Assembly: GCA_965655095.1 (NCBI GenBank)
Contig: OZ296649.1
Span: 120,094,001 to 120,158,000 of the forward strand
DNA length: 64,000 nt
DNA from: Haplodiscus bocki
Lineage: Eukaryota
Direction: 5' to 3'
Shown: positions 12,670 through 24,640 of the stretch, piece after piece
Layout of the letters: each line of letters begins with the position of its first letter
Numbering within the stretch: the stretch's first letter is position 1
Position numbers and translations under genes: made by a program
The notes under the pieces: model-generated
What the model saw: only the letters and a program-made list of their open reading frames with translations
Told to the model about the DNA's origin: nothing
Databases searched by the model: none

Positions 12670-13500
12670 ATTAACAACTAAATGGACGTCTGAGTTTTAC
12701 CAACAAACTTGATTTCGTTTTTATCAACGTCCAACTTATGTGTTGAATTTCGTGCAGAATTCAACATAAAGTGGTTTTTTATTTCCAATCGCTACACAAC
12801 AGTCAATACAATCACATTTTAACATTTTCAAAGTAGTTCGTCAATGGATGATGAAATTGTTGTTTTTACTAACATGTTATTTTTCTTCTGACACAATATT
12901 GCTAGAGAAACTAATTCGTTCAAGGATAAAAGCAACTAATATGGAATAAAAGATTTGTTGATCGTTTTGAGTTTCGCCCTACAACATCTGCTTCAACTTC
13001 ATTTTCAATATTTTGACCCAATTTTTTAAATATTGAAAAATGACAAAAACACTACTGAGGTAATTCATCCAAGCTTGACTAAGTTATTTAGGTTGGAACT
13101 TTTCTCATGGTAGAGCACTGTTCTTTGGGTTTTTTCACACTTTTTAAAAAGTCTAGTCAACAATACTCCTTCTTTGGTGAATTTTAATTTGTTCTCCGTT
13201 TTTTTCTTCGGAACTTTCTTTACCGCTGAATCCACCCTTCATGAAATTTCGTAGATTCCTCTAGTTTCAAAAACTTAAGTTTCGTTCCCTTCAAACATAA
13301 CAGAAACTAAGGTTGATACTTTTCATTATCTTGAAACTAAGTTCCTTTGATTTTCTCCGTTTTTCGTGTAATGTTGGAGCTATAATTGCTTGTTGCTTGT
13401 TAAGTTCATACACTGAAGTTTTTTGGGTTTTGGTCATTGGTTGATGAAAAAAATCATCAGTCTTATGAGCAGATAAAAAATTCTTTCCCGTGATCTGTTC
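12670..13500 (-). pseudogene. Minor capsid (penton)-like relic (element A)
   Basis: LKCDCIDCCVAIGNKKPL (~12830-12775) and LDVDKNEIKFVGKTQ (~12735-12690) match the C-terminus of the element B pentons (HLLCDCIHGS...LEDEDYKPVYFNGKAISF). Confidence 0.55.
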
Positions 13501-13856
13501 TTTTTCTCGGACCAAATACGTTTTTCAAGATCTTTGAAACATTTGAGAAAAACTTAATGTCGGTTGAAAATATTGGATCAATCAATTGACTTGGATCAAA
13601 AATTAACTTCAACTCCATTACATGTTGATCATTTTTGAAAACTTTTCCATCTTGGAATAACCGTTTTGTTTGTGGATTTCATTTTAAATTGAAATAGCTC
13701 ACCTCTTGATTTTGGAAACTCAAATATATTAGGCTTGTTTTTCAGACTTCTACCCTTTTTCAATTTTTATTAATCATTAGGGAAAAGAAATTGAAGTTAA
13801 CACAGCTGGATTGAAATTTGTTTTCAATTTCTTTGTCGGGAATATCACACTCAACT

Positions 13857-14237
13857 AATGAGCTGCACAGTAAAAGTTTCCTCCTTCTATCCTTTAACCT
13901 GAAAACAGACATTTTGCCCTACTTTTCATGATACATTCAGATACTTCTTTTGGAAGTGAGCAGCAGTATGAATGAAAGTAAATTTCAATACCAAACAAAA
14001 CATAATGAGTTCTGTTTGTCGGATGAAGAAGAACCAACCCTATATCTAATGGGCTGCACAGTAAAATTCTCCTCCCTGTATCCTTTAATCTGAAAACAGA
14101 CATTTTGCCCTATTTTTCATGATACATTCATATACATTTTTGGAAGTGAGCAGCAGTATGAATCAAAGTAACTTTCAATGAGAAACAAAACACAATGAGT
14201 TCTATTTGTCGGATGGAAAAGAACAAATCTTATATCT
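13857..14237. repeat. Diverged ~191-bp tandem duplication
   Basis: GCTGCACAGTAAAA...CTGAAAACAGACATTTTGCCCTA...GGAAGTGAGCAGCAGTATGAAT occurs twice, at ~13862 and ~14053. Confidence 0.9.
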
Positions 14238-15429
14238 TCTTTGGAAAGACTATCTTTCAAATGTATATCAATTCAATCCTATCCTATTCAAAAAAAAGTA
14301 AGTTTTTCTTTTTAGCTGGTTTTATAAGTAATCAGACGATGATCAAGATATTTGTCTCTGGTCTGTAAACTTTAGTTATTTCATCGCTTTTAAAAGTTTT
14401 TTCCACTGTACCAAAGCTTTGAAAACACTTTCATTTACAATTTTGAAAAAGTGTATACACAAAAACATTTGATTTCTGATCCAATCCTACCACAATAAAT
14501 TCCAATTTTTTAACACTTTCAAAAAATTCAGTTCTTTGTTGTGATTTACATCTTTCAATCGTTTTGCTTTAGCTTGCGGCAACCAGTTTTAATCATAGAC
14601 TCTTTTTTGTTTCCTAATAGGCCTTTGTCGTTCGATAAATCAGAAAAACAGTCAGGAATTAAAGTAAGTGTTTTTCTTATGGAAGGCACCTATGTTTTCG
14701 GTTCTTCCCACAATCTAGCTTTTGTTAGCAATGATTGAGAGTTCTGATCTTCTAAATCATTCATTGCTTTTTCTCTTCAATTTTGTTTGATGCTACATGT
14801 TCTACTGCTAACTGCATTACTAAAAACTCTGTTTCTTTCGTGGTAAATTCATATAAGTAGTTTTCCACAGTAGTTGTCTCAGTTTTTGGGGTTACCTGAT
14901 TTTACATATCACTTTTACGAATCACATTAGAACGGGTCACAAAGAGTCCTTGGGAAATCTTTGCAGTAACGATCCTTTTACTTTCTTTTGCTAAAGCTGC
15001 AAATCATTTCTAGAACTTTTCCATAAGGTGTACTTGTTGCATTAGAATTTCTTGTTCCCTTCGTCAACTATTTGTGATAGGTCAGTGTTAGTTGTTTTTT
15101 TAACCAATGACTTAGATAAAAGTTTTGCATCATAAAATCGTAGTAAAAGATTGCCATCTGACATTGTCGTTTTTTGATAATATCTGTTTATCAAATTCAG
15201 AACTCAATTGAATGACAAAACCATTAAAACAAACGAAACTAAAACCATAAAAACTAACCGTACTTGTTTTCAGCATTAAGATGCTTACCACATTTTTCAA
15301 AAAACATCTTGAAAGAGTTGGTATTATTCTATATTTCTTAAGAATGATGGGTGATTAATGTAATTTAATCACTCTTGAGATGTGTTTTGTTCTTCCTCAA
15401 AATATCTTTTACATACTTCACCAAAATAC

Positions 15430-15700
15430 TATTCGCTTACATCATACTATCCTTTTTTAAGCTCCGCCAACATCTCATGGATCAAGATACAAATATAAAC
15501 GTGCGTTATACCTTTCTTATACTCTGTCATACAATATACATGAAAGGTCGAACTTTACATGTCTTTTTGACTCAATAGTGTTCCCATTCGACATGTTTTC
15601 AAAAATATGCAACTCAAGTTTTCTACCATACAAACAATAAAAATCATGTATTTTTTCTTTATATGAATCTTTTTGTAATAAAACACCTATTGAATGTGAA
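15430..15700 (-). pseudogene. Possible adenain-type protease relic (element A)
   Basis: Minus strand GGAACAC(T)ATTGAGTC could be an eroded GTHWV, followed by KFDLS (YFDS-like); position is syntenic with element B. Confidence 0.3.
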
Positions 15701-16949
15701 CAAACTCAAAGCTTATTTCATGAAAGTTTTGTTTGAATGAATTTTTTAGTTTGAATCGATTAGTTTTTTTTATTGTCTTGATGTACAAAAATTATATATA
15801 AAAATTTCACGATTGCAGCAATATACCAATTTTTTAAATGAATATCTCTTTTCAGAAGAAAAATTTCTGTCTAAGAAAATGGTTGTTTTTACAACAACCA
15901 ATTTTTTTCATTTACTCCTCATTTAGAGTTCTCTGAAAAGTTGCATTGTTTTTACAATGGAGCAGTGGTTTTGAACCAGTTTTCCGGGAAACCGTATGGT
16001 TCCGCCATTACAATCCATTGTTTCCGCCACATCTCAATTTATACAACACATAAATAAAATTTTAAAATCAATCCTGAAATTTTTTTTCAATATTTTTGGC
16101 ATACTTGAACAAATTGCCCAGTGGCTTTTTTATAAGGTTAAATTTAATTTATTAGAGCATGCACAATTTTATTTTCATTTCATATACAACCTCTGAGCAT
16201 GAAATTGTCATTTTATTTAGTTTTTTCTTTTTTATATTTCAAAGAATATTACCTGTGGCATAAGTCAACCAGGAAATTGCCCAGGTGTTGTGCAAGTCAA
16301 AAAATGTTTCCAAGGTTTTCCACTCCAGCAACAAGTTGGCAAAAGTCTGTATTAGGGCAACGAAACTCGGCAAAGCTACCCATTCCTCAAAAAATTGTTT
16401 ACCTGTAGTATCAAAGTTTTGTACTTTCACCCTCCTAAAATTTTACAAACGATGCACATACAATTAATTTTAAAAGTGTAATTTTAGGTCTTTATTAAAG
16501 TTGCTGTTTTTGAAGTGAGATGGGTGAACTTTTTGAAATACCTAAAAATATGGGTGTTTCTTTGTTTTTTAGATTTTTGTTTACGATTCTGTACAGGAGA
16601 AGCGAGTAGCTTTGGCGTGTCATTGCTCTAATGTATAAACCATGCTACTCCACCACATTCGGATCCAAAGTAGAACGAACGTTCATAAATTTATGGGCCA
16701 GTGGGAGTGCAATTAACCTCCTCCAGAGTCGATAATCGGAAAAAAAAGATGAAAAACCAAGCTTGATTTCGGAAAAGAAGCAATTATGAAAGTATCAGTT
16801 TTTAGGATCAAATGTATCTTCCACTTTGTGAACAATAACTTTCACCGAAGGTTTTAGAAAATTCAAACGAGTATTGAGTTTCTTTTTTGTTCGAAAAAGT
16901 ATGGGACCTCTCGTTGGTTAGGCCGACAAGGAAAAAGTTCTTTTTTCAT

Positions 16950-17110
16950 GTTGATAATTTTCGGACTTTGAGCAAAAAAACTTCGGCAGAGTTGTCAAAG
17001 CTACATTCTATGTGTCCAGAGAAACAGTTTCAACAAACACTAGTTTTTTGAAAAGCTTTTTAAGGTTGTTTTCGGACTTTGAGAAAAACTTGTTGAGACT
17101 TTTGGCAAAG
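16950..17110 (-). repeat. Fragment of the dispersed repeat family seen at 2250-3003
   Basis: Reverse complement CTGGACACATAGAATGTAGCTTTGACAACTCTGCCGA matches 2421 CTGGACATGTGGAATACAGCTTTGAAAACTCTGCTGA. Confidence 0.7.
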
Positions 17111-17432
17111 GTCTTTCACAAGGGTTGTACACAAGGATCTGAAGGATATCTCAAATATCAGCATAACGCAGCACTCCGAATGCACCACTTTCCTGGCTGT
17201 CTCATTTCAAGTGAAAACTATCACTCTCTAATTGCCTTATTTTTGCTTTCGAAGAAAATTCAGGTCGTAGTTCTTTGATAATGATGGAAAGTTACATTTA
17301 CATTTCCATATTTGCATACAAGCAAAGATGAACTTATTAGCAGTGCAATGAAGTGTGGGGAAAAAAAGAGCCGCCTTTTCGCCTTGACGCCGTTATTTCA
17401 TTAGGCGTTACCAACACTGAGTCAAAATTTAA

Positions 17433-17837
17433 TTACCGCGTTCCGGTTGTGGCACTTTCACCTTGGATAAACTTCGGGGATTTATTTGACCGAAGTTTTT
17501 CTTCCATATATTTGAAATTGGTTGATACTGGAAAAAAGTACCTGTCCAAATCAGCAACAGACGAAACACTGTCATTGAAATGTGCAAATTCTTTCTCGGT
17601 GCTCAGACAGTCATCCACACAACTGCCTGTTTCTCCTCCAATAGTTTCAGTATCAACTGTGTTCGCTTTCCTGGTTTTCTGGAAATCTCTCGACGTGTTC
17701 ATGTGCAGCTGGCTCATTTCTTGATCTATCTTGTCCAAAATACGATTAGTCAGGTCCAGAGTTTCATCTGCACAATTTTCGGCACCCTCTGTTCGCTCGG
17801 TTGTTCCAGACACGATTGATCGTGGCGAGTATTCCAT
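17433..17837 (-). CDS. Unassigned ATG-initiated 134-aa ORF (possible host exon or TE ORF)
   Basis: Open frame with protein-like acidic, Ser/Thr-rich composition; no recognisable domain. Confidence 0.25.
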   Translation of the reverse strand: MEYSPRSIVSGTTERTEGAENCADETLDLTNRILDKIDQEMSQLHMNTSRDFQKTRKANTVDTETIGGETGSCVDDCLSTEKEFAHFNDSVSSVADLDRYFFPVSTNFKYMEEKLRSNKSPKFIQGESATTGTR

Positions 17838-19229
17838 TTTTTACAGGTTTTGAATTTATTGTTAAAATTTAGTTCTACCTTTTGTAAATTTTACGTTTCA
17901 GCAGGGTCTCGGAAAATATTGAGAACTGATCAATTTAGGGTCGTTTAGGGCAAAAACTATTCTTTTGAAATGTATTTTCCAAAAATTTTCTGAAGTAAAT
18001 AGTAAAAAAAACGTCACGAATATTGCGATTTTCTTATTTTTCAAAATATATGTGTCCGATTATTGTTTCTGAGACCCTGCCTTCAGTAAAGTTTATTGTA
18101 GCTGGAGGAAGGCTCGAATAAAATTGCCACGTTTTAAACAGCCATGAATAAATTTGATAATCAAATCAACTAGCGACTCCGCTGAGCCAAAAGTACACGC
18201 GTTGCGATGAACAGATTAAAGAAAAAAGATAATCATAAAAAGTTATAGAAAGTTATGGTTAATATCATTATAGACGGCTTGTTTTTACTTTTCTACAATG
18301 CAGTTTGAAGAGCTTACGTTTCTGATGCGACTCTCTTTAAATGGACGACCATTTTGAAGCCATGAGCAGAAAATCGAGCGAAAACTAATCTTTCTTGGCC
18401 GTGCTTGTACCATCGAAGCTGTTTATGCACCATTTGATTTTGCTCGTATTCAAAATATGTTGAAGTATGTTTTCATTCTTGTCTCTAAAGATGAATCTAG
18501 ATGGAACCTCATTGAGAAAGGCTTTGAAGTTCATCAGCAAGAAGCGATTCTAGAGAATCAATTACATTTCATGGCCAGTAAATCTACACCAACAAATTAA
18601 AATGCAACAGCGTCAATTTTAACCCAAGTATTTAATCTACAGAGATTGTGAAAATCAATCATTGAATTTCAGTCTTGGAGTTTGATCAAATTAATATAAT
18701 ATTTCAATACATCAAAAACAGCTTTGAAAATCCAAGTACGGTGATTAAATATTTCTGAAAACTAATTTTGGTCATGTCAAAATGAAAATTGCGTAAATTT
18801 AGTTTTCTTAAAGCTATCACGACTGTTTTGTACTCACTATACACGGAAAGCTACACAATATTCAGTGCTATATCAAAGTTGGTGAAATCACAAGTATTAG
18901 CATTTTCCGAAAGAGGTTACAAGAGAAATCAAGAAACATTGGTCATCCGTTCAAAAAATATTCTCATTACTGATTTCCATGTTTAAAAACCATATATTTA
19001 TGTCATTTCCTCAACTCCGGGAAAAAGTAGACGAAACTTATTCAGCTAATTTTTCTGCATCGGTCTTAAGGGACATCTTTAGACCCTTACTGCACCCGCA
19101 AAACTCTATCGAGCTGCCATTCAGCAGTCATTGTCTTCTTTCTTTTCCAAGGCTTTCTATACTGAAAGTTGTTTCTGATTCACAAACTGGTACAGGAATT
19201 CAATATAGTAGACAGTTCCTGACTTCATT

Positions 19230-20120
19230 TCCTTCAAATTGATTTCAACTTTCCTGACTGACCAATTTTATTCTGTGCGAAAGTGGTGTTTACCTGTTTT
19301 GTTGCTCCGAGCTGATTTTCCAATTCGGTGCACGAAATCTTCCGAACTGTTAGGTCAGTGATAACCGATCGCATGTTTCATATCGTTTATTTTGAACTCT
19401 TTGGCGGCCACGTCCTTTACAACCAGAAAGGGTCTAGAAACTGCTTCAGAACAATTTTTCGTACCATTATTTTTCTAATACCATTGATACAGGTGAAAAT
19501 TTGAAGTTTTTTTGAGTCAAAGTAGAAAAACGTTCGTTAACAGCTTTTCCGGTGACGCAACAATTCAGTGTCTGAAAAGTTCGTTTGAGCCAAAGCATTC
19601 AAAAGAAAGTCAAAAATCTTGGTCCGGTTTTCCTCGTGCTCGCAACAGTCAACAGTTTTTGTTAAAGGACGACTGGCATACAGTTTTTGAACCGTGTTAA
19701 CTTTTCTGCAGCTATCTACAATTCTGCAGCGAGTTGCCATATGGAATCAAGCCAAGTGGTACTGAACACGACTGTCAGTCTCTGCGGTGTGATGTTTGTG
19801 ATCTGGGGCTCGAAGCTCATGTCCAGCATTCGGCCTGCCCCACACAGCACAAGATACGATGCTCTCATCACGTCCACCTGTTTGGATTCTAGGAAGTCAA
19901 TTAGGCTCCCTGGCCTGGCTACCAAACGTTCTAGTTGTTTTTCCGTCAATCGAGGCCTTGTTAATGTCTGTGTGTTCCCCTACAGCGCAAACAGTGTTGA
20001 ACCTCAAAGAATCCGCAAAGTTTTTGGCCACCAGTGAAACTTGTGGTGACATTTCCTTCATGCGGCAAAGAACCATCATGGTTGAACCATTTTTATCCCC
20101 GGCCGTTTCGGTTAGCTTCT
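19230..20120 (-). pseudogene. Decayed intronless DEAD-box RNA helicase copy (DDX5/DDX17/DBP2-like)
   Basis: ARPGSLIDFLES (TPGRLIDFLE), YLVLCGAGRMLDMSFEPQI (YLVLDEADRMLDMGFEPQI), FSTTW (SATW), LVVKDVAAK (LVATDVAAR), PNSSEDFVHRIGKSARSNKTG (motif VI), with stops and frameshifts. Confidence 0.88.
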
Positions 20121-20177
20121 AAATCCACTGTCGAAGAGAAAAATGAGATTTATTGCTGACTGCTTCACACTGATTCG

Positions 20178-20538
20178 AAGCGGCGTAATGGTTTAACTCA
20201 TGCAGGAGTGAGTTTTAGACAATCAGAGAAAAGCTCGGTTCCGTGTCGGGAGGGGAGGGAGTTAACAGAAAAAATCCTAGAATTGAAGGAACAGTCATTG
20301 AATGAACTGTTGCGAAAATCAAACAACTTTTCCGTTTTCTGGAGTTTCTCTCCAAATTTTTTTTAGAAAGATACAATTAGGTAAGTCCATTAAAACAATT
20401 CCAAACTTAGTTAGCTCATAATAATTTCCGCCAAAAGGAAAAAATTATTATCTTTTCTGTTATCTCTCACCCACCAGCATAACCAAGAGTTTCAATACCA
20501 ATATTCACTCGTGTGTGAGTTAAACCATTACGACGCTT
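20178..20538. mobile_element. MITE-like element (~360 bp)
   Basis: ~34-bp inverted repeats: AAGCGGCGTAATGGTTTAACTCATGCAGGAGTGA (20178-20211) and TCACTCGTGTGTGAGTTAAACCATTACGACGCTT (20505-20538); no clear TSD. Confidence 0.65.
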
Positions 20539-23500
20539 ATTATTTCGCAGATCCATTATGGTATAGGAGGAGTAGTTAAATCAGTGAGGGGAATTAACAA
20601 AAAGATTCAAAAGTCAAACACATAATAGATGACTGAGACTCTTTTGAGAACCGATAACTTATACAAATTTTTTTGAGGTATCGCTCGCATTTTTCGAGCA
20701 GTTTACTCGGAACAAAGTCATCTTGTTGACCACTCACTTTCGTTCTCATCAAAATACTGCTTGTGATTCAGTGATCGATGGACAAAATGGAATCGGTCTA
20801 TTTTTAGAGAGAGTGTTTTGAAAATTTAACGAAACTCAACCAACAAAAAGTTCAAAAACTTTGGTCGACATTTACTGTAATCGAGACGAAATTGAAACTT
20901 TCTATTTGATCCTTTCCAGTTATGATTAGCTTCCAAATGCATGCTCGAAGGACGAGATTGAATGAGGATTTGAAAAGAATAACATTTTACATTCACACAA
21001 TGTCAACATACGAGTGTTTGAGTCTTCACAAATAAATAATCAGAGTACTTTTTACCTATGCAGAAAATCACAGAGTGTTTCTAAGGAAAATCTCCTTCTG
21101 TCTAAAGGCTCAAATTTCGAAACTTGAAAACCAGACATTGAAAAGAACCGATTCATTGAAGGAGAGACTGAGAAATTTTGTGTTCCGTGATTTTGATTGC
21201 GTTAACAAGTTTTCTCTCAGAATTGATTATGTAGCAAAGAAATTTTTCATAATCGGCCCTTTCCAACCGTTGTTGGTTTTTGAGTGACCTTTGATCTGAA
21301 AAAAGAAAATGGGACACAGTGGCACTGCTATTTTTTTGGTCAATGGGGCGCAGAAGCTAGTGATTGAAACTGCAGCAAGAAAATTTGACTAAAAGACCCA
21401 GTTAAGTGGAAGTCAGGCGGCTCCAAAAGAAATTGGGAAGGAAGGCGGCTCAAGTTAGTGAATAGGATTTTTGGATGTTTCCGACTATCAGGCTTCCTAC
21501 TTAATTCTATTCAAGTAAATACTTTGTAGAAGCAACTTTCCATAAACTCCAAAATAGAAGAAACCCCTGAATTAGTAATTCATAAAAATGAAAAGGACAG
21601 TGTGAAACTTTATTCCTAACTGTACTTTTTGGCATTGTCTCCCTATCCGGAATCCAAAGCGAGGAAGCACACGGAAGATTCATTCCCTTTACTTTTTACA
21701 ACTGGAACGCTTTTGATTTCTTCTCGTTTGGTTATCTAGAAAAGGACACCCTAATTAAATTTTTTTTCTTCTAAGGATTCCAATGTGAGAAACAAAACCG
21801 CTAAATATTCAGTCAAAAAGGCTTTCACAAGTAGCAAGCAAATCATTGGAATCTTGATGGATGTAATGCAGTCAGAAGTTATGGCAAAAAGTTTGCGTCC
21901 AACAGAAAAACAGAGCTGAAAACCTTTTTGGTACTCTCGACTCAGCAGGATCCTGTACTCAGGGGAAAGGTGTCTGTTTCTTTCTTTGTTTATTGCTCAA
22001 TAGGTGAGGCAACGGTTGCTTAACTCTCTGACCCAAAACCCAAAACGTTAATCCTTTTTTAATGTTTAAACTCAGCTCAGACGTTTCAAAAGACCACAAT
22101 ATTTGAACACTTTTGCATTCTCGGCTGATCAAGATGCCGATGCATAGAAACCAGCCACTTGACTCTCTAATTGAAATCTTGTAGGCGGTTGAGACAAGGA
22201 TGATACTAATCAAGTCAGTGAACGAGACGAAACAAAATTTTTTCTTTTGGGAAAAGATCGTACTAATCACACTTCTTGGCATGTTCAAGCCATCAAAAAT
22301 CCCATGCAATGCAATACAAAGAGTCTGATTGAAAACATTTACCAAGTAGAGAACTATTGATGGTCACCTGCCAGATATATTTCAACTTGTGGTTGTGGCG
22401 CGAAAATTCAGTTTTGATTTCCCGGAAAGTCAACACTAACATTAAAAGCATTTTTTGACTTTCTGTGCCATGTAGGATCCGGAACTGAAGAAAAAATTTC
22501 CTAACAGTTTCTCGCATTAACCTCATAAAGTTAATAAACGCTTTTACGAAAAAATCGACCGACAAAAAAAATATTGAATATTGCAAATCATTTTTGTTCC
22601 ATTGTACGGCCTTTTCGGCTTAAAAGGATTCCATTGCAGAACGCGAAGTCGCTGTTGACCTATTTGAAATCGCTTCTGAAGTCCAATGCTGCTGGTGGAT
22701 GTCTTCATGGAAAAAACAATCGATAGTGATGGGGATAATAAAATAAAAACTGCAGAACTTCAACCCGATTTTTATAAATGGGATAAAACAGAGAATAGTT
22801 GAGCAAAAACTCAAATCATCTCTGTACTTAATGGGGGAAGAAAGAAGTTAGGACGGAGAGAATAATGGAATTTTATATCGGGAGAATAGTTGATGTAATT
22901 ATCATCACAAATAATATTGATCAAAAAGCTTTTAGATTATAGTTTGTTTAGTAAGTTCGAGAGAAAACGAAAAAAGCAGAAAAGTCACGATCTCGTTGAA
23001 CCGCGGTTGCGAAAATCTGTTTTCACTAGTGTTTTTCACTGACACTCGAACAATTTTTTTCCGACGTAACAACCGACTCCATAACATCCATGAACGTCAC
23101 AATCAAATGTTTTGTACTAGTAAAAGCGTTTCCAATTGAATGACTGCTGATGTTTTCACTGGCATGGGAATCCTAATGGGTCGAAAATCTGAATTTTTTA
23201 AAATAATTTCTGTTTTTCTTGATATCAGAACATAAGGGATTCCCGATTTAAAGGCTTGATTTCGTATATCCAATTCTCAATCAACAGCGTTTTTACAGGA
23301 AAAGATGGGACAAAAATAGTTTTCATGAGCTTGAAATCACTCACGTCTTGAAAAAAAAATGTATTTCAGCCTTTTCCATTTGATAAGGCAGTTAGTTTTG
23401 GGTCTTTTCCAATTGAAATGTTGACAAGAATACTTTCAATCCACAAGGTACATTTGTGGGAGACTGCTCTATTTTGTATTTTGTTTTCAAAATTTTTTTT

Positions 23501-24289
23501 CTGCCTACTTTCACATCTTGCGGTGATAAAACTAGATTCAGGCAGGGCTTTGATCGCACTGACCCAAAATTTTCGAAAGACTTCACGAGTCTGTTTTTGA
23601 ATAAAATTCACTACTAATGTGTCAACCAAATGTTTCTCCGTGTCTCCCGAGCAGACTGATGATAGTCTCCTATCAGTATGGCACAAAACTAATGATACAA
23701 GATCCAGCATCTGAATTTGCTATTCTCAGCTTGGATATAGATTATGGTCAGACTCTAAGGAGCCTGTGATCAAAAATTACCACTAATTGATTGAAGGGAA
23801 CCGTAAAACATTACTCTCAACTTTCATTTATCTCTCATCTGAAGCAATCTCCGTCGCAGCGCATCTGCGAAGCCTGCTGTCAACTCTGCCTAGAGAAAAG
23901 AGTACAGAAGGTTCAGAATGAAACTCGAACTCTCATGTCTAAATTATTATGTTTCCATAAATAGCTTCATCTGCTGTACAAACTTATTGATACCTATTAT
24001 ATAAGGATCACCACACTAGATAGACCCGGACTAGAGCAAAACTGTTGCGGAACAAGCGGATATTCCCAGATTGTTTTAAAGTAAAAAGCACTAGTTTTTC
24101 ATTATTCCGTTTATTCATTAAGAAAACATAAATCCATTTCTTTAGCGTACTGATCTTTTCTAATCTTGCGTACTGATGATTTCAACCAGTCATCCTTTTG
24201 TTTGTCCACAACAAATGCCTTTCTCAGTTTTCAAATCTCTTTTAACGAGGATACATTCAGTTTGAATCCTTGTTGCTACTTTCCTGTAC

Positions 24290-24640
24290 AAAATGGCAAC
24301 CTGAATAAATGAAAGTTAGCAGCCCGGAACAATGGAAATCACGAGGAAAATCCCAGGAGCAACCAGCCAGAGGTCAAAAATGTTTCCAGAACACAAGAGG
24401 ATTGTATCACTCAAATCTGAGTGCGATTGAGGGTAGAGTAACAAAGAAATTGTGGCAGGAGTTCAGTTGGACGGAGAGTCGCATTTTAGGAGCTCTGTCT
24501 ACGCTCGACAAATTTCCTCTGAGCCCATCGATTCGGGGTCACTCTGGATCCGTTCCGGAGACATCCCCGAGCTTGCATGCATAAAACCAGGGAGAAAACA
24601 AAAACCGCTAGCAAAGTGATCCTCATCCTAAAGTGAGCAC
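24290..24640 (+). pseudogene. Fragment of a probable retroelement ORF1/gag-like coiled-coil region
   Basis: Broken frame containing IEGRVTKKLWQEFSWTESRILGALSTLDKF. The call rests on my recollection of similar invertebrate repeats and is unverified. Confidence 0.3.

Larger units (their letters stand above)
3004..16500. mobile_element. Element A: highly decayed Maverick/Polinton relic (termini not identified; boundaries approximate)
   Basis: pPolB motifs on +; capsid, conserved core gene, penton and probable protease relics on -, in the same order as the structural block of element B. Confidence 0.75.
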
